From the NCBI RefSeq assembly GCF_003334785.1, contig NZ_QOWV01000008.1: a stretch of DNA of 64,000 nt. One strand, 5' to 3'. This stretch comes from Escherichia coli. Lineage in GTDB: Bacteria; Pseudomonadota; Gammaproteobacteria; Enterobacterales; Enterobacteriaceae. Within the stretch, counting starts at the first letter, position 1, and the number at the start of each line of letters is the position of its first letter. Positions 43,007 to 57,334 of this stretch are shown here, in pieces. The notes under the pieces were generated by a model. The model saw only the letters and a program-made list of their open reading frames with translations. It was not told the origin of the DNA and searched no databases. The position numbers and the translations under genes are program-made.

Positions 43007-43462
43007 TTACTGACGACCAGAGTGACCAAAGCCGCCTTCACCGCGGTCGGTGGCGTCGAAATCTTCCACCAGATTAAATTCAGCCTGTACTACCGGAACA
43101 AAAATCATCTGGGCGATGCGTTCGCCAGGTTGAATGGTGAAGCTGTCCTGACCACGGTTCCACACGGAAATCATCAACTGGCCCTGATAGTCGGAATCGA
43201 TCAATCCTACCAGGTTACCAAGCACGATACCGTGCTTATGTCCCAATCCGGAGCGCGGCAGCATCATTGCCGCCAGTGAAGGATCGGCAATATGAATCGC
43301 CAGCCCGGTCGGAACCAGCGTAGTGTCACCCGGAGCCAGTTCTACGGCGTCGTCGAGACAGGCACGCAGGTCAAGTCCGGCAGAGCCAGAGGTGGCATAA
43401 GTCGGGAGCGGAAATTCCTTCCCAACGCGCGGGTCCAGAATCTTAACGTCGATTTTTTTCAT
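43007..43462 (-). CDS. dut: dUTP diphosphatase
   Basis: 151 aa [34 protein letters not shown]; start overlaps the end of coaBC. Confidence 0.9.
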
Positions 43463-44663
43463 CATAACGGGTCACGATCTCGTCGAGTAATAATTGGCCA
43501 AGGAGCTCTTTGCGCTCAAGCGGTAAGACTTTATCTCCGTCCTGCCAGAAAAGGTGTAATGCGTTGTTGTCGCTGTTAAATCCTTGAGTTGGCTGGGAAA
43601 CATCGTTCGCGCAGATCAGATCAAGGTTTTTACGGATACGTTTTTGCCGGGCGTATTCTTCCACATTATTTGTTTCGGCGGCAAATCCAACGACGTAGGG
43701 TCGATGGTCTTTTAGTGCGGCAACGCCTGCGACGATATCGGGGTTTTTAACCATTTTTATTGTTAATTCATCACCCTGCGTGGCCTGCTTTTTGATTTTT
43801 TCTGGGGCCACGGTAGCTGCGCGATAATCCGCCACGGCGGCGCAGCCGATAAAAATATTTTGCTGCTGTACAGAAGCATTCACGGCGGCTTCCATTTCCA
43901 GCGCGGTCATCACATCAACACGTTTAACAAACGGTGGCGTCGGTAGTGAAACCGGACCTGATACCAGCGTGACGTTCGCGCCACGACGGGCAGCGGCGGC
44001 GGCGATAGCAAAACCCATCTTGCCGGAGCTGTGATTAGAGATATAACGCACCGGATCGAGCGGTTCACGCGTCGGACCGGCGGTAATCATAATGTTCAGA
44101 TGTTTCAGGTCGTTGACGGGCGAAAAATGCGCCACCGCCATATCCACAATGGTTAACGGATCGAGCATTCGCCCAGGACCGATATCACCACAAGCCTGAC
44201 TGCCACTGTCTGGCCCCCAGATGAGCAAACCACGGGAAGCAAGCACCTCTAAATTATGCTGCGTGGCAGCGGCACGGTACATCTGCTGGTTCATGGCGGG
44301 GAGCACGGCTACAGGCGCAGGTGTAGCCAGACAAATCGTCGATACCAGGTCATTCGCCATTCCGGCAGCAACACGGGCAATCAAATCTGCCGTGGCAGGG
44401 GCGAGAATCACTAAATCAGCCCATTTACCCAGCTCAATATGGCCCATAGCGGCTTCGGCTGCCGGGTCCAGCAAACTGTCGGAAACGGGATAACCAGAAA
44501 CCGCCTGCAAGCTAAGTGGGGTGATAAAGGCTTTTGCCGCTTCGGTCATGGCTACGCGGACGTCGGCCCCGCGATCGCGCAAACGACGCACCAGTTCAGG
44601 GGTTTTATAGGCAGCAATACCGCCGCTAACGCCGAGAACGATTTTTTTACCGGCCAGGCTCAT
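43443..44663 (-). CDS. coaBC: phosphopantothenoylcysteine decarboxylase / phosphopantothenate-cysteine ligase
   Basis: 406 aa from [20 protein letters not shown]; flavoprotein N-domain and CoaB C-domain. Confidence 0.9.
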
Positions 44664-44834
44664 GATGATTTTTCCTGTTGGGTGACACCAGAAGTTGGCG
44701 ATTTTATCACAATACTTTTGTTGTCGTGCCTTCACCTGAGAATCACTTTGCGAGGCGCTTTCCAGGATTGAAAACTGGCCGTCGATTTAACGGAACGGCT
44801 ATGACAGGATGCGAGCACCACAAAGGAGGTGAAG

Positions 44835-45503
44835 GTGAAAAACAATTCACAGCTGTTGATGCCGCGCGAAAAAATGCTGAAGTTTGGTATTAGCGCCTTA
44901 ACGGATGTCGAGCTGCTGGCGCTATTTCTGCGTACCGGAACGCGCGGTAAAGATGTATTAACCCTGGCAAAAGAGATGCTGGAGAATTTCGGCTCTCTTT
45001 ATGGCTTGTTAACCTCTGAATATGAACAATTTAGTGGCGTTCATGGAATTGGCGTGGCGAAATTTGCCCAGTTAAAGGGGATTGCTGAACTGGCGCGGCG
45101 TTACTACAACGTGCGGATGCGTGAAGAAAGCCCTTTACTCAGCCCGGAGATGACGCGGGAATTTTTACAAAGCCAGCTCACGGGTGAGGAGCGGGAGATC
45201 TTTATGGTGATCTTTCTCGACTCACAACACCGGGTTATAACGCATAGCCGTCTTTTTTCCGGCACGCTAAACCATGTTGAAGTCCATCCTCGGGAAATTA
45301 TCCGCGAAGCGATAAAAATAAACGCCTCGGCGCTGATCCTTGCACATAATCACCCTTCGGGTTGTGCTGAACCCAGTAAAGCGGATAAACTCATTACTGA
45401 ACGGATAATAAAGAGTTGTCAGTTCATGGATTTACGCGTGCTCGACCATATCGTGATTGGGCGTGGAGAGTATGTTTCTTTTGCCGAACGCGGTTGGATT
45501 TAA
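44835..45503 (+). CDS. radC: RadC-like JAB-domain protein
   Basis: 222 aa from GTG 44835 (AGGAGG 5 nt upstream); JAMM-like HNHPSG motif. Confidence 0.75.
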   Translation: MKNNSQLLMPREKMLKFGISALTDVELLALFLRTGTRGKDVLTLAKEMLENFGSLYGLLTSEYEQFSGVHGIGVAKFAQLKGIAELARRYYNVRMREESPLLSPEMTREFLQSQLTGEEREIFMVIFLDSQHRVITHSRLFSGTLNHVEVHPREIIREAIKINASALILAHNHPSGCAEPSKADKLITERIIKSCQFMDLRVLDHIVIGRGEYVSFAERGWI

Positions 45504-45698
45504 CCCGCTATGCGCGATCCTTCGGGATCTTTGTCTGTTCGGGACTTGAGCACATCGCTGAGTCAGCGTATACTACGCCACCTTTGAGAATCTCGGGTTT
45601 GGCATTTGGGCCTGGCAATCGAGAGTTCACATAGAACTGCGATGACCGGGCTGTAAAGCCTGACGAGGCGCCAATACCCCATACGAAGCTCGAGCTAA

Positions 45699-45956
<258 letters not shown>

Positions 45957-45973
45957 GTACTTAGAGGAAATAA

Positions 45974-46144
<171 letters not shown>

Positions 46145-46170
46145 TTCTCGCTTTGATGTAACAAAAAACC

Positions 46171-46199
46171 TCGCTCCGGCGGGGTTTTTTGTTATCTGC
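46171..46199 (+). terminator. rho-independent terminator after rpmG
   Basis: cctcgctccggcgggg hairpin followed by TTTTTTGTT. Confidence 0.65.
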
Positions 46200-46241
46200 T
46201 TGCCCCCATATTGACTGCATCTGTTCATTCCTGGAGATGCT

Positions 46242-47051
46242 ATGCCTGAATTACCCGAAGTTGAAACCAGCCGCCGCGGCATAGAACCGCATCTCGTTGG
46301 TGCAACCATTCTTCATGCAGTGGTGCGCAACGGACGCTTGCGCTGGCCGGTTTCAGAAGAGATCTACCGTTTAAGCGACCAACCAGTGCTTAGCGTGCAG
46401 CGGCGGGCTAAATATCTGCTGCTGGAGCTGCCTGAGGGCTGGATTATCATTCATTTAGGGATGTCTGGCAGCCTGCGCATCCTTCCAGAAGAACTTCCCC
46501 CTGAAAAGCATGACCATGTGGATTTGGTGATGAACAACGGCAAAGTGCTGCGCTACACCGATCCGCGCCGCTTTGGTGCCTGGCTGTGGACCAAAGAGCT
46601 GGAAGGGCATAATGTGCTGGCCCATCTTGGACCGGAGCCGCTTAGCGACGATTTCAATGGTGAGTATCTGCATCAGAAGTGCGCGAAGAAAAAAACGGCG
46701 ATCAAACCGTGGCTGATGGATAACAAGCTGGTGGTAGGCGTAGGGAATATCTATGCCAGCGAATCTCTGTTTGCGGCGGGGATCCATCCGGATCGGCTGG
46801 CGTCATCACTGTCGCTGGCGGAGTGCGAATTGCTGGCTCGGGTGATTAAAGCGGTGTTGCTGCGTTCGATTGAGCAGGGCGGTACAACGCTAAAAGATTT
46901 TCTGCAAAGCGACGGTAAACCGGGCTATTTCGCGCAGGAATTGCAGGTTTACGGGCGAAAAGGTGAGCCGTGTCGGGTGTGCGGTACGCCGATTGTGGCG
47001 ACTAAACATGCGCAGCGGGCAACGTTTTATTGTCGGCAGTGCCAGAAGTAA
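46242..47051 (+). CDS. mutM: formamidopyrimidine-DNA glycosylase
   Basis: 269 aa [14 protein letters not shown]..., C-terminal zinc finger CRVCGTP...CRQCQ. Confidence 0.9.
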   Translation: MPELPEVETSRRGIEPHLVGATILHAVVRNGRLRWPVSEEIYRLSDQPVLSVQRRAKYLLLELPEGWIIIHLGMSGSLRILPEELPPEKHDHVDLVMNNGKVLRYTDPRRFGAWLWTKELEGHNVLAHLGPEPLSDDFNGEYLHQKCAKKKTAIKPWLMDNKLVVGVGNIYASESLFAAGIHPDRLASSLSLAECELLARVIKAVLLRSIEQGGTTLKDFLQSDGKPGYFAQELQVYGRKGEPCRVCGTPIVATKHAQRATFYCRQCQK

Positions 47052-47060
47052 TTCATGCGC

Positions 47061-47082
47061 GCCGGATGGCATACCATCCGGC
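47061..47082. terminator. hairpin between convergent mutM and coaD
   Basis: gccggatggcataccatccggc perfect stem-loop; no strong T-tract. Confidence 0.4.
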
Positions 47083-47089
47083 ATAAACG

Positions 47090-48854
<1,765 letters not shown>

Positions 48855-49201
48855 AATAAATAGCTGACTTATGGATGTGCTGGGGATTCTATGTATTTAG
48901 CACCGGGTTTGCCATTACTTTTCCTTTTTTTGACTTAATTAGCCTCTGTTTGAGCTGATCTGCCGCTAGATCTTCATTTTTTTTGTATTTTTATGCGATT
49001 CATTGAATTTCAGCCAGGATTGCAGCTTTACATCGACAATATCTGGATTCTCGAGTATGCAAAATTTTATCTCTATGATTTTTATAATTAAAACATATTT
49101 TGTGTATAAAAATCATTCGGGTCGGATTGCTGCGAAAGAAATGATACACTAGCGCGTCAAAGTAAGTGCGTTATCAGTATTCGGGTAGCTGTTGAGCCTG
49201 G

Positions 49202-49213
49202 GGCGGTAGCGTG
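49202..49213 (+). promoter_or_regulatory. ops element (RfaH recruitment) in the waaQ leader
   Basis: Exact ggcggtagcgtg ~50 bp upstream of the waaQ start. Confidence 0.8.
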
Positions 49214-49260
49214 CTTTTTTCTGCTTAACTTAACCAGACAATCACACAAAAGAGTCGCTA

Positions 49261-50331
49261 GTGGAAAAGCCATTTCGAAAAATCCTGGTCATAAAGATGC
49301 GATATCACGGAGATATGTTATTAACTACTCCTGTAATCAGTACACTCAAGCAGAATTATCCCGACGCAAAAATCGATATGCTGCTTTACCAGGATACAAT
49401 TCCGATTTTATCTGAAAACCCAGAAATTAATGCACTCTATGGTATAAGCAATAAAGGTACGGGAACATTCGATAAAATTAAAAATGCACTTTCACTGATA
49501 AAAACTCTGCGTGCGAATAATTACGACCTGGTCATTAATCTTACGGATCAGTGGATGGTGGCCCTGCTGGTACGTTGTTTACCTGCTCGTATGAAAATAT
49601 CGCAGCTTTATGGTCATCGGCAGCATGGCATTTGGAAAAAAAGCTTTACACACTTAGCGCCTATACACGGTACACATATTGTTGAGCGTAATTTGTCGGT
49701 CCTTGAGCCATTAGGTATTACCGATTTTTATACTGAAACAACCATGAGTTACGCCGAGGATTGCTGGAAGAAAATGCGCCAGGAATTAGATGCACTGGGC
49801 GTGAAAGATCATTATGTCGTCATCCAGCCGACAGCCAGACAGATATTTAAGTGCTGGGACAACGATAAATTTTCTATGGTTATCGATGCGTTGCAACATC
49901 GTGGTTATCAGGTTGTGCTGACTTGTGGCCCTTCGGCAGATGATCTCGCTTGCGTAGATGAAATTGCACGAGGCTGCCAAACAAAACCTATTACCGGCCT
50001 TGCCGGTAAAACACGTTTTCCTGAACTGGGCGCATTAATTGATCATGCAGTGCTCTTTATTGGTGTGGATTCTGCGCCGGGGCATATTGCAGCGGCTGTG
50101 AAGACGCCAGTTATTAGCCTGTTTGGGGCCACTGATCATGTATTCTGGCGTCCATGGACCGAGAATATTATTCAGTTCTGGGCGGGGAATTATCAAAAAA
50201 TGCCTACCCGGCACGAACTTGACCGCAACAAAAAATATCTTTCTGTTATTCCAGCGGAAGATGTCATTGCCGCTACGGAAAAGCTGTTGCCAGAAGATGC
50301 ACCTTCAGCTGACAGGAATGCGCAATTATGA
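49261..50331 (+). CDS. waaQ: LPS heptosyltransferase III (GT9)
   Basis: 356 aa from GTG; FRKILVIKMRYHGDMLLTTPV aligns with N-termini of WaaC/WaaF. Confidence 0.8.
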   Translation: MEKPFRKILVIKMRYHGDMLLTTPVISTLKQNYPDAKIDMLLYQDTIPILSENPEINALYGISNKGTGTFDKIKNALSLIKTLRANNYDLVINLTDQWMVALLVRCLPARMKISQLYGHRQHGIWKKSFTHLAPIHGTHIVERNLSVLEPLGITDFYTETTMSYAEDCWKKMRQELDALGVKDHYVVIQPTARQIFKCWDNDKFSMVIDALQHRGYQVVLTCGPSADDLACVDEIARGCQTKPITGLAGKTRFPELGALIDHAVLFIGVDSAPGHIAAAVKTPVISLFGATDHVFWRPWTENIIQFWAGNYQKMPTRHELDRNKKYLSVIPAEDVIAATEKLLPEDAPSADRNAQL

Positions 50332-51452
50332 TCGTGGCATTTTGCTTATATAAATATTTTCCATTTGGTGGGCTACAGCGTGACTTTATGCGTATTGCCT
50401 CAACAGTTGCCGCACGGGGCCACCATGTTCGGGTATATACACAGTCGTGGGAAGGCGATTGCCCGGAAGCATTTGAGCTTATTCGCGTACCGGTTAAATC
50501 CCATACTAACCATGGACGTAATGCAGAATATTATGCCTGGGTTCAAAACCATCTGAAGGCACATCCCGCTGATCGCGTTGTTGGCTTTAATAAGATGCCT
50601 GGGCTGGATGTTTATTTTGCCGCCGATGTCTGTTATGCCGAGAAAGTGGCGCAAGAAAAGGGATTTTTCTATCGTTTAACATCGCGCTATCGCCATTATG
50701 CTGCATTCGAGCGAGCGACTTTCGAACATGGTAAATCGACGAAACTTATGATGTTGACCGATAAGCAAATCGCCGATTTTCAGAAGCATTACCAAACTGA
50801 ACCAGAACGTTTTCAAATTCTTCCCCCTGGTATCTATCCTGACAGAAAATACAACGCGCAAATCCCAAACAGTCGTGAAATTTATCGCCAGAAAAATGGC
50901 ATCACTGAACAACAAAACTTATTGCTGCAGGTTGGTTCAGATTTTGGTCGTAAAGGTGTGGATCGCTCAATTGAAGCTTTGGCATCGTTACCAGAATCGT
51001 TACGCCATAATACGTTGTTGTTTGTTGTTGGCCAGGATAAACCGCGTAAATTTGAAGTGCTGGCAGAAAAACTCGGTGTGCGTAGTAAAGTGCATTTCTT
51101 TTCCGGGCGGAATGATGTGTCTGAATTAATGGCAGCCGCTGATTTATTAATGCATCCCGCTTATCAGGAGGCTGCAGGTATTGTTCTCCTTGAGGCAATT
51201 GCCGCGGGATTACCTGTGTTGACGACTGCGGTATGCGGATACGCACACTATATCACAGATGCTAATTGTGGAACGGTCATCGCTGAACCTTTCTCCCAGG
51301 AACAATTAAATGACGTTTTACGTAAAGCGTTAACTCAATCTCCATTGCGCATGGCCTGGGCGGAGAATGCTCGGTATTACGCCGATACTCAGGATTTATA
51401 CAGCCTGCCGGAGAAAGCGGCAGATATCATTACAGGTGGTTTAGATGGTTGA
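50328..51452 (+). CDS. waaG: LPS glucosyltransferase I (GT4)
   Basis: 374 aa, GT4 E-x7-E motif, position after waaQ. Confidence 0.85.
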   Translation: MIVAFCLYKYFPFGGLQRDFMRIASTVAARGHHVRVYTQSWEGDCPEAFELIRVPVKSHTNHGRNAEYYAWVQNHLKAHPADRVVGFNKMPGLDVYFAADVCYAEKVAQEKGFFYRLTSRYRHYAAFERATFEHGKSTKLMMLTDKQIADFQKHYQTEPERFQILPPGIYPDRKYNAQIPNSREIYRQKNGITEQQNLLLQVGSDFGRKGVDRSIEALASLPESLRHNTLLFVVGQDKPRKFEVLAEKLGVRSKVHFFSGRNDVSELMAAADLLMHPAYQEAAGIVLLEAIAAGLPVLTTAVCGYAHYITDANCGTVIAEPFSQEQLNDVLRKALTQSPLRMAWAENARYYADTQDLYSLPEKAADIITGGLDG

Positions 51453-52242
51453 ATTAGAAGAGCCACTTGCCACACTCTGGCGTGGTAAAGATGCCTTTGC
51501 AGAAGTTAAAAAACTGAATGGCGAGGTCTTCCGTGAACTGGAGACGCGTCGCACATTACGCTTTGAACTGGCCGGCAAAAGTTATTTCCTCAAATGGCAC
51601 AAAGGGACGACCCTAAAGGAGATTATAAAAAATCTGCTCTCATTGCGGATGCCCGTTTTAGGTGCAGACAGAGAGTGGCACGCTATTCATCGACTGCATG
51701 ATGTCGGTGTTGATACGATGCACGGAATAGGATTTGGTGAAAAAGGGTTAAATCCATTAACTCGCACATCATTTATTATTACCGAAGATCTCACTCCCAC
51801 AATTAGCCTTGAAGATTATTGTGCAGATTGGGCGGTCAACCCGCCTGATGTACATATTAAGCGTATGCTGATCGCGCGTGTGGCAACCATGGTGCGCAAA
51901 ATGCATGCAGCAGGGATTAATCACCGTGATTGTTATATCTGCCACTTTTTACTCCATTTGCCATTTACTGGCCGGGAAGATGAATTAAAAATTTCGGTTA
52001 TCGATCTGCACCGGGCACAGATACGTGCAAAAGTACCACGTCGTTGGCGGGATAAAGATTTGATTGGTTTATATTTCTCATCAATGAATATTGGTCTGAC
52101 GCAGAGAGATATCTGGCGATTTATGAAGGTTTATTTTGGGATGCCTTTACGCGATATTTATAGACTTGAGATTGATTTACTTAAAAAGGCAAGGATTAAA
52201 GCAGGAAAAATAGAAGCAAGAACAATAAGAAAAAACTTGTAA
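51445..52242 (+). CDS. waaP: LPS core heptose(I) kinase
   Basis: 265 aa kinase-like protein, overlaps waaG stop. Confidence 0.85.
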   Translation: MVELEEPLATLWRGKDAFAEVKKLNGEVFRELETRRTLRFELAGKSYFLKWHKGTTLKEIIKNLLSLRMPVLGADREWHAIHRLHDVGVDTMHGIGFGEKGLNPLTRTSFIITEDLTPTISLEDYCADWAVNPPDVHIKRMLIARVATMVRKMHAAGINHRDCYICHFLLHLPFTGREDELKISVIDLHRAQIRAKVPRRWRDKDLIGLYFSSMNIGLTQRDIWRFMKVYFGMPLRDIYRLEIDLLKKARIKAGKIEARTIRKNL

Positions 52243-52274
52243 ATAGTATTTTATTACAAAAAGGGATTCTAAAA

Positions 52275-53255
52275 TTGTTGAAATATAGAAACTTCGTTGC
52301 TAAGAAGAAAAATTTATACCAAAACGAAGTGTCGTATGTTAAAAATTTACATATTGCACTATGCTTTGACCGTGAATTCATAATGCCAGCGGGTGTTGCA
52401 TTATATTCAATTATATCCAACAATAGACATATTAACCTTCATTTTCACCTTCTTATATCAGGCATAGAAGAAAAGGAGTGTTCAGCTTTTTACGAACTAG
52501 AAGGTCCTAATACATCAATATCTGTATATTATATAACTGATAAATTTGACATTAATCCGGATACATTAGTTCTTGGTATTCCTTTATCAACATGTTTACG
52601 TTTTTTAATCCCAGAAGTTATTGATGATAAAATAAATAAGATACTTTATCTTGACTGTGATGTCATATGTAATGGTCCTTTAGATGAACTGGTTGATTAT
52701 AATTTAAATGCTGATATTGCATGTGTAATTCCAGATTCGCCAGAAATGCAAGAACGTGTAAAAAAATTAGACTATGGCATTGAGTTTATTAATTATTTTA
52801 ATGCCGGGGTTATGTTTATTAATACCAGCGAATGGAAAAAAAATAATATAACACAAAAAGCGTTAGAAATGATCAACAGTGGAAAAGTATATAGGTATGC
52901 AGATCAGGATGTGCTCAATATTTTACTTAATGGACGAGTGCATTACCTTGATAAGAAGTACAATAATAAGACAACATTGTCAGTACGATGTGATGAAGAA
53001 CAAAAAAACTTGCCCAACACAATTATAATGCATTATGTTACCCAGAATAAACCATGGTACAAAATATTTAGAGCACAAAATTTTGATCATTATTTTTCAA
53101 ATTCTCCTTGGAAGAACCATAAAAGAAATCTAGCTCCATCATCAAGTGAGATTAGGTTAAAGTCTAAAGTTTTTTGGCTAGAAGGAAAATATTGTAAAGC
53201 CATTTCTTATTATTATAAGTATTTACTTGTTAAATTATTTGGCTTAAAGATTTAG
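52275..53255 (+). CDS. GT8-family LPS core glycosyltransferase (waaS position)
   Basis: 326 aa, AT-rich; GT8 motifs YLDCDVIC, FNAGVMFIN, HYVTQNKPW; identity within the waa family not resolved. Confidence 0.6.
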   Translation: MLKYRNFVAKKKNLYQNEVSYVKNLHIALCFDREFIMPAGVALYSIISNNRHINLHFHLLISGIEEKECSAFYELEGPNTSISVYYITDKFDINPDTLVLGIPLSTCLRFLIPEVIDDKINKILYLDCDVICNGPLDELVDYNLNADIACVIPDSPEMQERVKKLDYGIEFINYFNAGVMFINTSEWKKNNITQKALEMINSGKVYRYADQDVLNILLNGRVHYLDKKYNNKTTLSVRCDEEQKNLPNTIIMHYVTQNKPWYKIFRAQNFDHYFSNSPWKNHKRNLAPSSSEIRLKSKVFWLEGKYCKAISYYYKYLLVKLFGLKI

Positions 53256-53268
53256 CTGGAATGAAATT

Positions 53269-54348
53269 ATGAAAATAGCCTTTATTGGCGAAGCTGTTTC
53301 TGGATTTGGCGGCATGGAAACAGTCATTCGTGATGTTATTACTACCTTCAGGCAACAACATATCCAAAGTGAAATTTTTTTCTTTTGTCGTAATGACAAA
53401 ATGGATAAGGGATGGCTGGAAGGTATTAAGTACTCGTGTTCATTTTCCAATATTCGCTTAGGTTTTTTGCGTCGCGCGAAACATATTCATGCTTTAAGCA
53501 AATGGCTTCATGATTATCAGCCAGATGTTGTTATTTGTATTGACGTGATCTCGTGTTTGTATGCGGCCAAAGCTCGTAAAAAATCGGGGATTGATGTACC
53601 TGTATTTTCATGGCCGCATTTTTCTTTAGATCATAAAAAACATGCCGAATATATCACCTGTGCCGACTATCATTTAGCCATCAGCTCTGGTATTAAACAG
53701 CAAATGATTAGCCGGGGTGTACCAGAATCGACAATAAACGTTATTTTTAATCCCGTTGAGGCGAAAAATTCAGTCATTCCTGCACCCGGGGAAGGCGAAA
53801 CGGCAACATTCATTTATGTTGGGCGCATGAAATTTGAAGGCCAAAAGCGCGTAAAAGATCTGCTTGATGGCTTATCACAAGTGCAAGGTGACTGGAAACT
53901 TCATGTATTGGGAGATGGCTCCGATTTCGAAAAATGCCAGGCTTATGGTAGAGGATTAAATATTGATGATCGAATTGTCTGGTATGGTTGGCAACAACAT
54001 CCCTGGAAATTAGTTCAGCAAGATATTAAAAAAGTGAGTGCATTATTACTCACGTCATCTTTTGAAGGTTTCCCAATGACTCTACTTGAAGCCTTGTCGT
54101 GGGGGATCCCTTGTATCAGTGCAGATTGTGTCTCCGGGCCTGTTGATATCATTCAGCCTGATGTTAATGGTCATTTATATCAACCGGGGGATATGACCGG
54201 TTTTGTTGCTCTTCTCAATAAATACATAGCCGGTGAAATTCACATCGCACATGAAAAAATTCCGGCGTCGATCGATAAATTTTATCAACCGAAATATTAC
54301 GACAGATTGCAAAAGATAATTATTTCTGTTATTTCCCGGAGGAAATAA
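53269..54348 (+). CDS. waaB: LPS 1,6-galactosyltransferase (GT4)
   Basis: 359 aa MKIAFIGEAVSGFGGMETVIRDVITTFRQQ, recalled as WaaB. Confidence 0.8.
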   Translation: MKIAFIGEAVSGFGGMETVIRDVITTFRQQHIQSEIFFFCRNDKMDKGWLEGIKYSCSFSNIRLGFLRRAKHIHALSKWLHDYQPDVVICIDVISCLYAAKARKKSGIDVPVFSWPHFSLDHKKHAEYITCADYHLAISSGIKQQMISRGVPESTINVIFNPVEAKNSVIPAPGEGETATFIYVGRMKFEGQKRVKDLLDGLSQVQGDWKLHVLGDGSDFEKCQAYGRGLNIDDRIVWYGWQQHPWKLVQQDIKKVSALLLTSSFEGFPMTLLEALSWGIPCISADCVSGPVDIIQPDVNGHLYQPGDMTGFVALLNKYIAGEIHIAHEKIPASIDKFYQPKYYDRLQKIIISVISRRK

Positions 54349-55367
54349 TGCAGCAGGTTTTTTTCCAGGAGACTGAGTTTCTCAATTCGGTTATTGATTA
54401 TAATCATAAAATAGAAGCAGAAAATCTTTGTCTGGATATTGCTTATGGGACTGACAAAAATTTTCTTTTTGGATGCGGAATATCGATTGCTTCAATATTA
54501 AAATATAATGAAGGAAATCAATTATGCTTTCATATTTTTACTGATTATTTCGGTGATGACGATCGCAAATATTTTGATGCCCTGGCCAGGCAATATAAAA
54601 CAAGAATTAAGATATATTTAATTAATGGTGATCGACTCCGTTCATTACCCTGCACCAAGAACTGGACTCATGCTATTTATTTTCGTTTTGTTATCGCCGA
54701 TTACTTTTTTAATAAAGCACCCAAAGTTCTTTATCTGGATGCAGATATTATTTGTCAGGGAACTATAGAACCACTTATCAATTACACGTTTTCTGAACAT
54801 ACAGTCGCAATGGTTGTTACAGAAGGACAAAAAGACTGGTGGGCAAAACGTGCTCATTCGTTAGGTGTTGCTGGGATTGCTAATGGTTACTTTAACTCCG
54901 GTTTTTTACTGATTAATACTAATCAATGGACGAATGAGCGGGTTTCTGCACGGGCCATTGCAATGTTAAGTGATCCAGAGATAGTCAAAAAAATAACACA
55001 TCCTGATCAGGATGTATTAAATATGTTATTGGCAGACAAACTTGTTTATGCTGATATTAAATATAACACTCAGTTTAGTTTAAATTATCAACTAAAAGAA
55101 AGTTTTAAAAACCCAGTAACTAACGATACAGTTTTTATTCATTATATTGGTCCAACTAAACCCTGGCATGACTGGGCCTGGGATTATCCAATATCACAAG
55201 CTTTTATGGCGGCAAAAAATGCTTCACCATGGAAGGATACTGCGTTATTGAAACCGGTTAATAGTAATCAATTAAGATACAGTGCTAAACATATGTTGAA
55301 AAAAAAGCAATATATCAAAGGATTTGGCAACTATCTTTTGTATTTTATAAAAAAGCTAAAGCATTAA
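54348..55367 (+). CDS. waaO: LPS alpha-1,3-glycosyltransferase (GT8), WaaO/WaaI type
   Basis: 339 aa, GT8 motifs YLDADIIC, FNSGFLLIN, HYIGPTKPW; follows waaB. Confidence 0.65.
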   Translation: MQQVFFQETEFLNSVIDYNHKIEAENLCLDIAYGTDKNFLFGCGISIASILKYNEGNQLCFHIFTDYFGDDDRKYFDALARQYKTRIKIYLINGDRLRSLPCTKNWTHAIYFRFVIADYFFNKAPKVLYLDADIICQGTIEPLINYTFSEHTVAMVVTEGQKDWWAKRAHSLGVAGIANGYFNSGFLLINTNQWTNERVSARAIAMLSDPEIVKKITHPDQDVLNMLLADKLVYADIKYNTQFSLNYQLKESFKNPVTNDTVFIHYIGPTKPWHDWAWDYPISQAFMAAKNASPWKDTALLKPVNSNQLRYSAKHMLKKKQYIKGFGNYLLYFIKKLKH

Positions 55368-55530
55368 TACTGATAATCTATACTCTAAATAATTCGAGTT
55401 GCAGGACAAAAAGCCAGTGGCGTTTTGAGGAACGCTTGCGTTGGCCCTGAAATGCCGAGTAACTCGCCGATGCAGCACATGCAACTTGAAGTATAACGAG
55501 TATATAAAGTAATGATATAAGGATAGCCTT

Positions 55531-56547
55531 GTGAACTCATTTCCTGCCATAGAGATAGATAAAGTTAAAGCCTGGGATTTTAGGCTTATTGATGAAAATA
55601 CTGCTGAAAGTTTAAATGTTGCCTATGGTGTCGATTCCAATTATCTTGATGGTGTAGGTGTTTCCATTACTTCAATTGTCATTAATAATCGACATGTTAA
55701 TCTTGATTTTTATATTATTGCTGATGTTTATAACGACGATTTCTTTCAAAAAGTTGAGAAACTTGCTGAGCAATACCAATTAAGAATCACACTTTATAGA
55801 ATAAATACTGATAATCTTCAGTGCCTGCCTTGTACACAAGTCTGGTCAAGAGCAATGTACTTCCGTTTATTTGCTTTTCAATTATTGGGAGTAACACTTA
55901 ATCGTTTGCTTTATCTTGATGCCGATGTAGTTTGTAAGGGAAATATTAGTCAACTATTGCATTTAGAGTTTAATGGAGCGGTGGCTGCAGTAGTCAGGGA
56001 TGTAGACCCAATGCAGGAAAAGGCGGTAGTCAGATTATCTGATCCTGAACTTCGGGGGCAGTATTTTAATTCTGGTGTCGTTTACTTAGACCTAAAAAAA
56101 TGGACAGAAGCAAAACTAACCGAAAAAGCACTGTCTATTCTTATGAGTAAAGATAGTATTTATAAGTATCCTGACCAGGACGTTATGAATGTCCTACTAA
56201 AAGGGATGACAATATTCCTGCCACGTGAGTTCAATACTATATATACAATAAAAAGTGAGTTAAAAGATAAAACGCATCAAAAATATAAAGAGTTGATAAA
56301 AGAGGATACTCTTCTTATTCATTATACTGGGGCCACCAAGCCGTGGCACAAATGGGCAATTTATCCATCGGTAAAATACTATAAAATAGCTTTAGAAAGA
56401 TCCCCCTGGAAAGATGACTCACCACGAGATGCAAAATCAATTATTGAATTCAAAAAAAGATATAAACATCTGTTAGTGCAACATCATTATATCTCAGGAC
56501 TCATTGCAGGAGTGTGTTATCTTTGCCGAAAATATTACCGTAAATAA
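55531..56547 (+). CDS. waaJ: LPS alpha-1,2-glycosyltransferase (GT8), WaaR/WaaJ type
   Basis: 338 aa, GT8 motifs YLDADVVC, FNSGVVYLD, HYTGATKPW. Confidence 0.6.
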   Translation: MNSFPAIEIDKVKAWDFRLIDENTAESLNVAYGVDSNYLDGVGVSITSIVINNRHVNLDFYIIADVYNDDFFQKVEKLAEQYQLRITLYRINTDNLQCLPCTQVWSRAMYFRLFAFQLLGVTLNRLLYLDADVVCKGNISQLLHLEFNGAVAAVVRDVDPMQEKAVVRLSDPELRGQYFNSGVVYLDLKKWTEAKLTEKALSILMSKDSIYKYPDQDVMNVLLKGMTIFLPREFNTIYTIKSELKDKTHQKYKELIKEDTLLIHYTGATKPWHKWAIYPSVKYYKIALERSPWKDDSPRDAKSIIEFKKRYKHLLVQHHYISGLIAGVCYLCRKYYRK

Positions 56548-56564
56548 CATTTAACTGGTTTAAC

Positions 56565-57263
56565 ATGATTCAGAAGAATAAAATCAAAGATTTAGTTGTT
56601 TTTACCGATGAAAATAACTCAAAGTATCTCAATGTATTAAATGACTTTCTTTCTTATGATATTAATATCATCAAAGTTTTTCGTTCTATAGATGATACAA
56701 AAGTCATGCTTATTGATACCGATTACGGTAAATTGATACTTAAAGTTTTTTCGCCTAAAGTAAAACGCAACGAACGTTTCTTTAAATCTCTTTTAAAGGG
56801 AGATTATTATGAACGCCTTTTTGAGCATACTCAAAAAGTGCGTAACGAGGGGCTACATTCTCTCAATGATTTTTATTTGTTGGCAGAACGGAAAACATTA
56901 CGTTTTGTCCATACTTATATCATGCTTATCGAATATATCGATGGCGTAGAGTTGTGTGATATCCCCGATATTGATGAAACTTTAAAAAATAAAATTCAAC
57001 AATCAATTCGTTCATTACACGAACACGGTATGGTATCTGGTGATCCTCACCGCGGTAATTTTATTATTGAAAATGGTGAAGTACGCATTATTGATCTTTC
57101 AGGAAAACGGGCATCTGCACAACGTAAAGCGAAAGATCGTATTGATTTAGAGCGACATTATGGTATTAAGAATGAGGTTAAAGATCTCGGTTATTATCTT
57201 TTAGTTTATCGTAAAAAAATACGTAATCTTATGCGGCGTTTGAAAGGGAAGCCAGCACGATAA
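56565..57263 (+). CDS. waaY: LPS core heptose(II) kinase
   Basis: 232 aa, kinase-like (GDPHRGNFII), position. Confidence 0.75.
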   Translation: MIQKNKIKDLVVFTDENNSKYLNVLNDFLSYDINIIKVFRSIDDTKVMLIDTDYGKLILKVFSPKVKRNERFFKSLLKGDYYERLFEHTQKVRNEGLHSLNDFYLLAERKTLRFVHTYIMLIEYIDGVELCDIPDIDETLKNKIQQSIRSLHEHGMVSGDPHRGNFIIENGEVRIIDLSGKRASAQRKAKDRIDLERHYGIKNEVKDLGYYLLVYRKKIRNLMRRLKGKPAR

Positions 57264-57334
57264 AGTAAAAGTCTTACATTTAAACGTCTTCGTCAGGACA
57301 TTTCTATGCGGAGTTCTTATTTCACAGGTTTATC